A DNA stretch of 20,691 bases. It comes from Candidatus Heimdallarchaeota archaeon. GTDB taxonomy: Archaea > Asgardarchaeota > Heimdallarchaeia > Heimdallarchaeales > Heimdallarchaeaceae. Numbering within the stretch: the first letter of the stretch is position 1; each line of letters opens with the position of its first letter. Below the pieces are notes generated by a model. That model worked only from the letters and a program-made list of their open reading frames with translations. It did no database searches and was not told the origin of the DNA. Positions 7,953 to 16,216 of this stretch are shown in pieces. The stretch lies in contig DAOVER010000050.1 of the NCBI GenBank assembly GCA_030668875.1, positions 1-20,691 of the forward strand. Direction: 5' to 3'. The translations under genes and the position numbers were made by a program.

Positions 7953-9617
7953 ATGAATAAATTATATCAAATGTTTGTTTTAGTTATATTAATAAGCTCA
8001 ACTGAGATTACTGTTCAGAATATAATTGTTTCAGAAAGTACTACTTATCCCTATTCTCTTTCTTACTTAGACTCATTACCAATTATAATAACAAATGATT
8101 CAAATTTCACAGATTATGGATTTCCAGGTAATGGAACTCCTCTTGATCCATATAGGATTGAAAATTTAAATATTACAACTACAGAAGAAAAAGGAATTTA
8201 TGTTTTCAATACAACTAAACATTTTATAATTCAGAATTGTTTTGTAGATGCTTATAGGGGCGGTATAGTTATAGATTCTGTAAGGAAAGAAACAACTATA
8301 ATAGAAGACAACATTTGTGTGGGAAATTTTGCAACAGGCATTCGAATCAATCATTCACCAGGCACGAAAATAATTAACAATACTTGCAACTTTAATAGCT
8401 TTGTTGGTATTCATGTTAGGAACTCTTATGAATCACAAATTGAAAACAATCGGTGTATTCAGGATGTTTTAGGGATATTTGTAGACCGAAGTGAAGCGTG
8501 TTTGATTAATAATAACACTTGCAATTCAAATAGTAGGGGGGGGATTGTTGTGGAAGAATCACCTTTATCGTACGTAGCTGATAATAGATGTTATGAAAAT
8601 ACTTACCATGGGGGCATAAGTTTATATCAATCTAACAAATCAGTTGTAGTAAATAACTTGTGTATTGACAATGTGCAGAACAATATAGCGCTTCATGAAT
8701 CCAATGATTCTTATGTACTAAACAACTATTGTTCAGGTAGAGGAGTTGGAATTGTTGTAGCAGATGGAGGGAATGTAACTATTGATTGCAATAATTGTTC
8801 TGGAAATGCAATTGGTATTCTTATAAATGATGCTGAAAAGTCTAAAATCACCAATAATATTCTGTATAGAAGTGGTTTTATATTCTATGAACTCAACAAA
8901 AATGACTATAATACTTACATCGTCTTAAATAACACAGTAAATGACAAAAAGTTTGGCTATTTTGCAAGTTTAAAAGACCTAACAATTACTAAGTCAATTT
9001 ATGGTCAACTTTTCTTTGCAGATTGTTCTAATGTTCGAATAAAGAATCAATATCTTTGTGATACAATTACAGGAATCACTATGTTTTATTGCTCTAATAG
9101 TTTGATTCAGAGTAGTGTCTGTTCTAATAATTGGAATTATGGAATCAATATAGTTGGTTCCACAAACATTGAGATTATTAATAATAATTGTAGTTTAAAC
9201 TATGTAGGAATAGTATTAGAAAACTCTGACAAAAATGAACTTAGCTATAATTTTCTACAAAACAACATTGTTTGGGGTGTAGTTTTAGACGCATACTCAT
9301 CTAACAACTCTGTTCATCATAATTCTTTCTACGATAATAATCAGCATTTTGGAACATCTCAAGCTAAAGATGATGGTCAAAATAACAAATGGTACGATGA
9401 AGAAACAAAAGAGGGTAACTACTGGTCTGACTATTCTACTGTAGTTGGTAGTTATTATATAGATGGATTTGCGGGTTCACAAGATCTCTATCCTCTCTCT
9501 GAACCCCCAATCTACAAGAACAATTTAGTTTATTATTCATATCTTGCTTTAGTACTAGTAATTCCTTTAGCACTATATGGTTATTTCAAGTTTATATCTA
9601 GACGAAAAAGAAAATGA
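7953..9617 (+). CDS. NosD/right-handed parallel beta-helix surface protein with C-terminal membrane anchor
   Basis: N-terminal hydrophobic stretch, many GI.(I/V)..S....I.NN.C repeats, GNYWSDY, and C-terminal TM helix followed by RRKRK. Confidence 0.88.
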   Translation: MNKLYQMFVLVILISSTEITVQNIIVSESTTYPYSLSYLDSLPIIITNDSNFTDYGFPGNGTPLDPYRIENLNITTTEEKGIYVFNTTKHFIIQNCFVDAYRGGIVIDSVRKETTIIEDNICVGNFATGIRINHSPGTKIINNTCNFNSFVGIHVRNSYESQIENNRCIQDVLGIFVDRSEACLINNNTCNSNSRGGIVVEESPLSYVADNRCYENTYHGGISLYQSNKSVVVNNLCIDNVQNNIALHESNDSYVLNNYCSGRGVGIVVADGGNVTIDCNNCSGNAIGILINDAEKSKITNNILYRSGFIFYELNKNDYNTYIVLNNTVNDKKFGYFASLKDLTITKSIYGQLFFADCSNVRIKNQYLCDTITGITMFYCSNSLIQSSVCSNNWNYGINIVGSTNIEIINNNCSLNYVGIVLENSDKNELSYNFLQNNIVWGVVLDAYSSNNSVHHNSFYDNNQHFGTSQAKDDGQNNKWYDEETKEGNYWSDYSTVVGSYYIDGFAGSQDLYPLSEPPIYKNNLVYYSYLALVLVIPLALYGYFKFISRRKRK

Positions 9618-9797
9618 TTCTAATTTATGGGACTATAGGATTAATTAGATTTCGGTAAAGAGCTTAGTTCTAGTTTAGAACTTTCAATGCCCAATACTAG
9701 CAGCATTCCATCAAACCTATTACTTTGTTTCTATGTGATTAGGAATAAAATAGTTCATAGTGCTTATAAAGAAAAGATGATGGATGTAGTTAAACAA

Positions 9798-10011
9798 ATC
9801 ATGGGAAAATGTTCAAACAAATGCTTTTATTCTTTCTGAAAGAAGGCGTCAATTATCTTTTATCTCTCTATCCACAGTTTCTTTTCCTTTTATAGTAACT
9901 TGCTGCATATTAATACTGCACTAAGGAACAAACCTAGTTCCTGTTTCACCCTTTAAAGCCCGACCGATGTTTTCAGGATTGGTAACTAAGGCTTCTTTAC
10001 CACCCTGCTCT
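9798..10011. repeat. 214-bp direct repeat, copy 2: displaced carbamate kinase 3' end (9921-10011) plus 123-bp downstream arm
   Basis: Ungapped alignment to 11525-11738 (offset 1727) shows 20 mismatches in 214 nt by manual count. The minus strand reads EQGGKEALVTNPENIGRALKGETGTRFVP*. Confidence 0.95.
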
Positions 10012-10150
10012 GGAAAACGATTTACAATAAAAGAATCTAGTAAGAAGGTTTTATTATAACATAAATAAGAAAAGGAATTATTAGTAAATCCACAATGTTA
10101 TGGTCTCACACACTCCAACTCAGCTTACAGCTGAAATGTTCTGTCTTTTA

Positions 10151-11299
10151 CTAACTAGTTCTTTTTCTCTTTAATACAATTGCCACAACAGTTAACATCA
10201 CGATACTAAGTAAGTAACTAATGGAAAAGGATGTGTCTGTTGGGGTTCCATTTGTAGGAATGATTACATTATTGAAAGTCAAGGAATAAATATTCAATGA
10301 AGTTAGGTTGAAGAAGTCCGTTACAATTATTTCTAACGTATGAACTCCATTAGAGTATTTAGTTGTATCTATTGAAATGGCTAACAAACCAGTAAAATCA
10401 CCTATATTATTTTCTTCATAAGATAATATTTCCTCTCCATCCAGGTAAACAGAAATACTGGTTAAATTGGATATTGACCGCCAAACCTCAAAGTATCCCA
10501 TAATTTGACCTGAATGAGTTCCACCTACAAAATTCGCATAAGGATCTGGCACAACTGTAGGAGGATTAATGGCTCTATAGAAATAGAACAGTATTGTATT
10601 TGAACCATTTGGAAGAGTGGAATTGATATCTAATCTGACCCTATGTACAGTGAAATTTTCACTTAATGGATTTATAAGGATACTAAAAGTGTTAGTATCT
10701 ATCCAAGTTATATTTGTGGGTCCTAGATCATAAGTTGTATATGAAGGTCCAACAAGTGCTTCATAGCTAGCATTTAAGGTGAAAGTATCATTTAATTCAT
10801 TTATTTTGAATTGTAATAAAACTGGATCATCGTGTTTATAACATGGTGTTGGATAATTGGATGCACTAGTATGTGTCAACCAATAATTGAGAAGTATTGC
10901 ATTGTATGAAAAGTCTGCATTTACAATAGGGTAAAAACTAAAGATAGCTGTTTCAGTGATTTCAGTATTGTTAAAGGAGGCTACTCCAGTTAGGTTATAC
11001 TTTCCTCTTCTGGTCAGAGGTAAGATTGTATTATTTTGAATGTCAGAGATTACTGAATCATTTAAGTAAAATGTTAGGGATGCAGATAGTTCTGATAAAT
11101 AATAACTCAAAGTTATGTTTTCATCATAAATCGAATTATTTTCAGGAGAAATAAAATAGAAACTAAAATCATTATTTATTGTATTTACTCCTACTTGTTC
11201 AACTCCACAATACGATTCCTTATTACTGTTAATTAGAGTAGATGCACAAAACAATACTGCAATTAACCATACAAATTTTTTCTTAAATTGTACCCTCAT
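10151..11299 (-). CDS. Secreted/surface protein with Ig-like beta domains and C-terminal TM anchor
   Basis: Signal peptide (KKKFVWLIAVLFCAST); FISPENNS and IDTTKYSNGVHTLEIIVTD are Big-like motifs; many N-x-S/T sequons; Thr/Pro linker, TM helix, KRKR tail. Confidence 0.75.
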   Translation of the reverse strand: MRVQFKKKFVWLIAVLFCASTLINSNKESYCGVEQVGVNTINNDFSFYFISPENNSIYDENITLSYYLSELSASLTFYLNDSVISDIQNNTILPLTRRGKYNLTGVASFNNTEITETAIFSFYPIVNADFSYNAILLNYWLTHTSASNYPTPCYKHDDPVLLQFKINELNDTFTLNASYEALVGPSYTTYDLGPTNITWIDTNTFSILINPLSENFTVHRVRLDINSTLPNGSNTILFYFYRAINPPTVVPDPYANFVGGTHSGQIMGYFEVWRSISNLTSISVYLDGEEILSYEENNIGDFTGLLAISIDTTKYSNGVHTLEIIVTDFFNLTSLNIYSLTFNNVIIPTNGTPTDTSFSISYLLSIVMLTVVAIVLKRKRTS

Positions 11300-11524
11300 T
11301 CTATTAAAAAATAAACACTTTTTTATATTTAAACTTATTTAAATAAATTAAAAATCATAAGATATATCATAATAGTAAACATTAGAAAGTCCTTTTATCA
11401 CATATGAAGTTATTTGTTTGATATTGATATGTTCTATGAGCTTTAATTAGCTCTTTCAAAGTCTCATTTAAATGACATTTCTACTTTATCACAATTAAGA
11501 GCTTATAATTGCGCATTAATCAAG

Positions 11525-11738
11525 ATCATGGAAAAATGTTTAAACAGATGCTTTTTTTCTTTCTGAAAGAAGGTGTCAATTAACTATTATCTCTCTATCC
11601 ACAGTTTATTTTCCTTTTATAGTAACTTGCTGCATATTAATACTGCACTAAGGAACAATCCTGGTTCCTGTTTTACCCTTCAAAGCCCGACTGATGTTTT
11701 CAGGATTAGTGATCAGAGCTTCTTTACCACCCTGTTCT
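11525..11738. repeat. 214-bp direct repeat, copy 1: live carbamate kinase 3' end plus 123-bp downstream arm
   Basis: Homologous to 9798-10011 as described for copy 2. Confidence 0.95.
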
Positions 11739-12604
11739 AAAAATTGAACGATAGCTTTAATTTTCGGTTCCATCGAACCTTTGGCAAAGTGAGTTCCTTC
11801 CTCCAGGTACTTTTTTGCCTCAGCAACGGTGAGCTGATCTAACTCCACTTGATCAGGTTTACCAAAATTTAAAGAAACTTTTTCAACAGCAGTTGAAATT
11901 AAAAGCATATCCGCGTTAATTTCATTGGCCAGGAACGCAGATGCAAAATCTTTGTCAATTACCGCTGCAGTCCCCTCTACTCCTTGATCGGTCTCAATAA
12001 CTGGTATTCCTCCACCACCCACAGTAATTGTAACTGTTCCGGAATCAATTAGCGTTTTGATTGCTTCCAATTCCATTATTTCCACAGGTAACGGGGAAGC
12101 TACCACTCGACGCCATCCGCGACCAGCATCTTCAACTACATTCCAACCTAATTCCTCTTTCCTTTTTTCCGCCTCTTTTACTTCCATGAATGTTCCAATA
12201 GGTTTAGCAGGTTTCTGGAAAGCAGGATCATTCGGGTCTACCCGGACTTGGGTAATCACTGTCGCGGCCGGTTTGTTAATTCCCCTTTTTTTAAGCTCAT
12301 TTTGGATATTCTGCTGTAGAGCATAACCGATAGCGCCCTGGCTGTCAGCTCCGCAAACATCAAGGGGTAGTTCATGCATACCTTCCACCTTATGGGCAAT
12401 TTCACTTCGTCGTAAAATGAATCCAACTTGGGGTCCATTGCCATGTCCTATTGCAATATCCCAGCCTTCTTCAATCATATCTACCAGATGAATTGCAGTT
12501 TCCTGGGTAGCTTTGTATTGATCTTGTACAGTTTGATGCTGCTTGGATTTGATGAGTGAGTTTCCACCAATTGCAACAACTGCTACTTTTTTCTGTTTTG
12601 ACAT
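11648..12604 (-). CDS. arcC: Carbamate kinase
   Basis: VVAIGGNSL, HGNGPQVG, KPIG, RRVVASPLP, GGGGIPV, AVIDKD, FAKGSMEPKI. Confidence 0.97.
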   Translation of the reverse strand: MSKQKKVAVVAIGGNSLIKSKQHQTVQDQYKATQETAIHLVDMIEEGWDIAIGHGNGPQVGFILRRSEIAHKVEGMHELPLDVCGADSQGAIGYALQQNIQNELKKRGINKPAATVITQVRVDPNDPAFQKPAKPIGTFMEVKEAEKRKEELGWNVVEDAGRGWRRVVASPLPVEIMELEAIKTLIDSGTVTITVGGGGIPVIETDQGVEGTAAVIDKDFASAFLANEINADMLLISTAVEKVSLNFGKPDQVELDQLTVAEAKKYLEEGTHFAKGSMEPKIKAIVQFLEQGGKEALITNPENISRALKGKTGTRIVP

Positions 12605-12613
12605 TTGTATCGC

Positions 12614-13594
12614 CTACCACATTGTTAGCGCCATTATTGCTTTCTGCGCATGCATCCTATTTTCAGCTTGATCAAAAACCACTGATTGGGGACCATCCAT
12701 CACCTGACTGGTGACCTCTACATCGCGATCAGCAGGAAGAGGGTGCATATAAATCGCATCCTTGTCAGCTAGGGCCATTTTATTCGAATCAGTAATCCAA
12801 TGCTTATATTGGTCTTGGATCTTTTTACCTTCTTCTGGATCTTTTGTTGTGAGCAAGGGTCCCCAAGATTTCGCGTAAACGATATCCGCGTCTTTGAAAC
12901 CTTCTTCCATAGAGTCGACAACCTCAAATTTGCTGCCAAATTTGTCAGCTTGTTCTTGGGCTTGTTTCATGATTTCCGGCATCAACTTAAATTCAGGTGG
13001 ATGTGCTAGTGTGACGTCCAACCCAAACCGAGGCATCTGTAGAATCAAAGACTGTGGGACAGAAATTGGTTTCAGGTACGAGGAAGCATACGCCCAACTA
13101 ACTACCATCTTCTTTCCTCTTAAATCCCGACCTTTTTTCTCCATTATAGTCATTATATCAGCCAGACATTGGTGAGGATGATAAATATCGCACTGCATAT
13201 TTAAAACAGGTGAGCGTGAGGCTGATGCCACGTTGTTTATGTACTTGTTTCCTATTCCCCAATCACAATGTCGAATGGCAATACCATCATAATACCTTCC
13301 AAGGATTTCTCCTAATTCTTTTTCTGTGTCTCCATGAGAAACCTGTGTTGTGCGGCTCTCCAAAAATGTGGCTTGTCCTCCCAGCTGCGCCATTCCTGAC
13401 TCAAAAGAAGCCCGAGTACGTGTGCTGGAGAAGAAGAATAGCATACAGAGAGTTTTATCCAGAAGCAAAGCGTGTCTTTCACCCAGTGCTCGTTTTTTCT
13501 TAAGATCCCAGGCTACTTCTAAGACAGTTTCCACTTCTTCTTTTGTAAAATCTAGGTCGCCGATTAAGTCACGACCTCGTAAATCAGATATCAT
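12614..13594 (-). CDS. Transcarbamylase of the YgeW/N-acetylornithine carbamoyltransferase class (not a canonical OTCase)
   Basis: Carbamoyl-phosphate motifs SSTRTR and HPHQ; SWAYASSYLKPISVPQS loop and YAKSWG resemble YgeW/AOTCase; MHPLPADR. The OTCase SMG motif is absent. Confidence 0.8.
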   Translation of the reverse strand: MISDLRGRDLIGDLDFTKEEVETVLEVAWDLKKKRALGERHALLLDKTLCMLFFFSSTRTRASFESGMAQLGGQATFLESRTTQVSHGDTEKELGEILGRYYDGIAIRHCDWGIGNKYINNVASASRSPVLNMQCDIYHPHQCLADIMTIMEKKGRDLRGKKMVVSWAYASSYLKPISVPQSLILQMPRFGLDVTLAHPPEFKLMPEIMKQAQEQADKFGSKFEVVDSMEEGFKDADIVYAKSWGPLLTTKDPEEGKKIQDQYKHWITDSNKMALADKDAIYMHPLPADRDVEVTSQVMDGPQSVVFDQAENRMHAQKAIMALTMW

Positions 13595-13603
13595 TATGAT
13601 CTC

Positions 13604-14557
13604 CTACTCCTCTGCACCTAAAACCAGAGCTAGAAGGGCCATGCGCATTACAACGCCGTTGTGACCTTCCTTCCAGTAACGCGCCCATCGGGTCTGATCC
13701 ACATCGGGAGGAATTTCATCCATTCTGGGTAAGGAGTGGAGTAATACTGCGTCTGATTTTGCTTTGGTTTCTAAAAGTTCTTTGGTGATTTGGAATTCGG
13801 GGGGGGTTAGTGCAACGTCACCATCTCTTTCATCACGTGATTTGGTGTAGTCAGGCTGGACTACCGGCTCAACTAGGATCACATCAGCATCTGCGATAAC
13901 TGTGCGAACATCATCACCTTCGGTAAAGTTCAGACCGTTACGTTTGAAATCTTCCCGGTATTCATCAGGAAGTTCCATGTCTTTTGGTGATATGAAAGTG
14001 ATTGGGCAGTCGAATTGTGTTAAAGCATGACCAAGGGAGTGCATGGTACGCATTCTCATATCACCTACAGCTACCCACTTTAATCCGTCTAAGTGACCTT
14101 TTTCTTTATAAATAGTATAGAGATCAGTGAGGATTTGTGTAGGATGCTCTCCCCAACCATCTCCACCATTAATAATAGGGACACTTACCCATTTAGCAGC
14201 TTCTTTGGGAGCGCCTTTCTGGAAATGCCTCATAACGATGACGTCTCCGTAATTTTCGAGCATCTTAAAGGTGTCCTTGATGGATTCCATATAGAAGTCA
14301 CCTGCGCGGGTCATTTTAGCGTCAGAAAATCCTGTCACCTTACCACCCAATCGAAGCATGGCTGTTTCGTGGGCTAAACGAGTCCTGGTTGAAGGCTGGT
14401 AAAAAGCAGTTACCATTACTTTTTCTTTCAATAAATCTACATTTTTTCTATTGCGAGCTATTGGGGCTAATTTATCTGCAACCTCAAATATTCGCTCAAA
14501 TTCATGGCGTTCAAAATCCTTTAATGATATAATGTCACGCCCTACAAAACTTCTCAT
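13604..14557 (-). CDS. Aspartate-carbamoyltransferase-like transcarbamylase with altered acceptor site
   Basis: FYQPSTRTRL, MRH, NGGDGWGEHPTQ, RTMHSL, HSLPRMDEI. SD AAGGAG lies upstream, and 9-nt gaps separate it from the next two genes. Confidence 0.8.
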   Translation of the reverse strand: MRSFVGRDIISLKDFERHEFERIFEVADKLAPIARNRKNVDLLKEKVMVTAFYQPSTRTRLAHETAMLRLGGKVTGFSDAKMTRAGDFYMESIKDTFKMLENYGDVIVMRHFQKGAPKEAAKWVSVPIINGGDGWGEHPTQILTDLYTIYKEKGHLDGLKWVAVGDMRMRTMHSLGHALTQFDCPITFISPKDMELPDEYREDFKRNGLNFTEGDDVRTVIADADVILVEPVVQPDYTKSRDERDGDVALTPPEFQITKELLETKAKSDAVLLHSLPRMDEIPPDVDQTRWARYWKEGHNGVVMRMALLALVLGAEE

Positions 14558-14830
14558 AATCTTTCTCCTTTATAGTTTTGACTAATTTCTTTAAAACTAA
14601 TCTTATTGCTCTGCCAATACTAATTTTTCTTTTTAAACCTTTTTTTATAATAATATTTTATCCTGTTGTCATATAAACTACAATTGTATTAGTTTAATTG
14701 GACAGTCTTGAGTAAATATTACGGGAGTTTTATTAGAATCTCTAGTTAATGATGCTAATCATGGAATAAGTTTAGTTGTGAACAATCATAACCTGTTATG
14801 GAGCACATTGAAAGACTCAAAGAACTCCTT

Positions 14831-15364
14831 TCAGGTTTCGATTACATCACCAACATATCTAAATTGTTTAGGCCAGAACAGGAATGCTTTTGACCGATCA
14901 TAATCTTTAGCTAAATGAGCAGTTACTACTTCACCAACAAACCACGTATGCGTTCCCCCTAAATCAAGAGTATGAACAACCTTACATTCTAGATTAACAG
15001 GACATTCTTTTATTAGATATGAACTTATTTTTGAAGCTTTTACAGGTGTAAGACCTGTTGCTTTAAATTTATCTTCAACATCTCTACCGGAAATTTTTCC
15101 GATATGCTTCACATCATCTATAAGTTCAGTTGTGGGGATATTTATTGAATAGTCCTTTACTTCTTTTATCAGTTCAAATGAATATCTTTTGGGAACAATT
15201 CCAATCATAATTAAAGGAGGATTATCAAATGAAACCATACTAATTGCAGCTATAGTTATAAGATTTTTACCAATACACCCAATAACAATAGGAAAGCCTG
15301 GTAAAGATAAAATACCCTTCTTACCTGAAACAATTTCTTTGTTAGAATTATCCATTTCATTCAT
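14831..15364 (-). CDS. Flavin reductase family protein (DIM6/NTAB)
   Basis: SMVSFDNPPLIMIGI, IKECPVNLECKV, GTHTWFVGEV. Confidence 0.88.
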   Translation of the reverse strand: MNEMDNSNKEIVSGKKGILSLPGFPIVIGCIGKNLITIAAISMVSFDNPPLIMIGIVPKRYSFELIKEVKDYSINIPTTELIDDVKHIGKISGRDVEDKFKATGLTPVKASKISSYLIKECPVNLECKVVHTLDLGGTHTWFVGEVVTAHLAKDYDRSKAFLFWPKQFRYVGDVIET

Positions 15365-15430
15365 TATGAACCCTTTTCTTTTGTGTTAATAAGTATATTC
15401 TCAAAAAAAATTTGTTTTATTTCTTTTCTA

Positions 15431-15452
15431 AAAAGTCAATATTAATATGAGA
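15431..15452 (+). promoter_or_regulatory. Copy of a recurrent promoter-like motif (AAAAGTCAATATTAATATGAGA)
   Basis: 19/22 match to the motif at 16217-16238; about 70 nt upstream of the gene starting at 15521. Confidence 0.5.
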
Positions 15453-15520
15453 ATATCCATTACAAAAAATTTATTTTTGTAATCATTTATAAGTAGATTA
15501 ATATAAATTGGTAGATAGTA

Positions 15521-15952
15521 ATGAGTTCTGAGAATCTGACTGAAAAACCAACAAAAAAAAGGAATATCAAGAGAATACTACTTAAGGCATTTATTATTTT
15601 AGAAATTCTTGCTTTCATATCTGTATTTGTTATGTTTATCCTTGCTGTGGCTACACCTGATTTCGATCAAAGCTTTGTTTTTGCAGAGATAGGTGGGATT
15701 ATAATTGGAAGTATGGTAGGTTCTTTAATGCTATTTATGGCAATATTTGGTATACGTTCCATTTTAAAAGCAAAAAATTTAGGATTTGGTACCAATATTA
15801 CCACGTCTGATTTTTCCCAAACTGATAAACTTGAACCATATAAAACTACCAAACAAAGGAATTGGTATTGTGAGTATTGTGGATATGAAGTAACAAGAAA
15901 AGAAAGAGAATGCCCTAAATGTGGAGGACCAATAATAAGAGATAAAAAATAA
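15521..15952 (+). CDS. Two-TM membrane protein with C-terminal zinc ribbon
   Basis: Two hydrophobic helices followed by WYCEYC...ECPKCG. Confidence 0.75.
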   Translation: MSSENLTEKPTKKRNIKRILLKAFIILEILAFISVFVMFILAVATPDFDQSFVFAEIGGIIIGSMVGSLMLFMAIFGIRSILKAKNLGFGTNITTSDFSQTDKLEPYKTTKQRNWYCEYCGYEVTRKERECPKCGGPIIRDKK

Positions 15953-16110
15953 AATTAACTCTTAACTATTTCTCGTTTCTTGACTATTTACTCTTCTAAT
16001 TATACCTGACAATTAGGGAAAAACTAATTTTTCTATATTGAATATACTCACAATAAATTGGAATTACATGATTGAAACTAAAAAGACTAGATGATAGCTT
16101 CTTATAGTAA

Positions 16111-16142
16111 TAAACTAAACGTTTTCTTTAGAGTTTAGTTTA
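16111..16142. repeat. Inverted repeat with 10-bp arms (TAAACTAAAC-N12-GTTTAGTTTA); operator or terminator-like
   Basis: Perfect arms at 16111-16120 and 16133-16142, followed by T-rich sequence. Confidence 0.5.
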
Positions 16143-16216
16143 CTTTTTAATGATTTATTAACTTTTTTTCGAATTTTTGATTTGTTTAGAAACAAGTTTT
16201 AAAAAAAACATTCTAA

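Noticed and set aside
9801-9839. Short Cys-containing ORF in both arms (MGKCSNKCFYSF* / MEKCLNRCFFSF*)
   Set aside because: All four differences between the copies are non-synonymous, so there is no sign of coding selection.
10120-10134. Small palindrome TCAGCT-TAC-AGCTGA downstream of the 10151 stop
   Set aside because: A 6-bp stem with no clear U-tract; too weak to call.
9921-11738. Repeat pair as a diversity-generating retroelement template/variable repeat
   Set aside because: Differences are not adenine-specific, are mostly synonymous, and no reverse transcriptase is present in the window.
6513-11738. Repeats as a CRISPR array or integron attC array
   Set aside because: The repeats are arcC coding sequence of unequal length separated by kilobases. 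No cas or intI gene and no attC-like structure is present.
11648-13594. Arginine deiminase pathway (arcB-arcC)
   Set aside because: No arcA is in the window, and the transcarbamylase lacks the ornithine-binding SMG and HCLP motifs.
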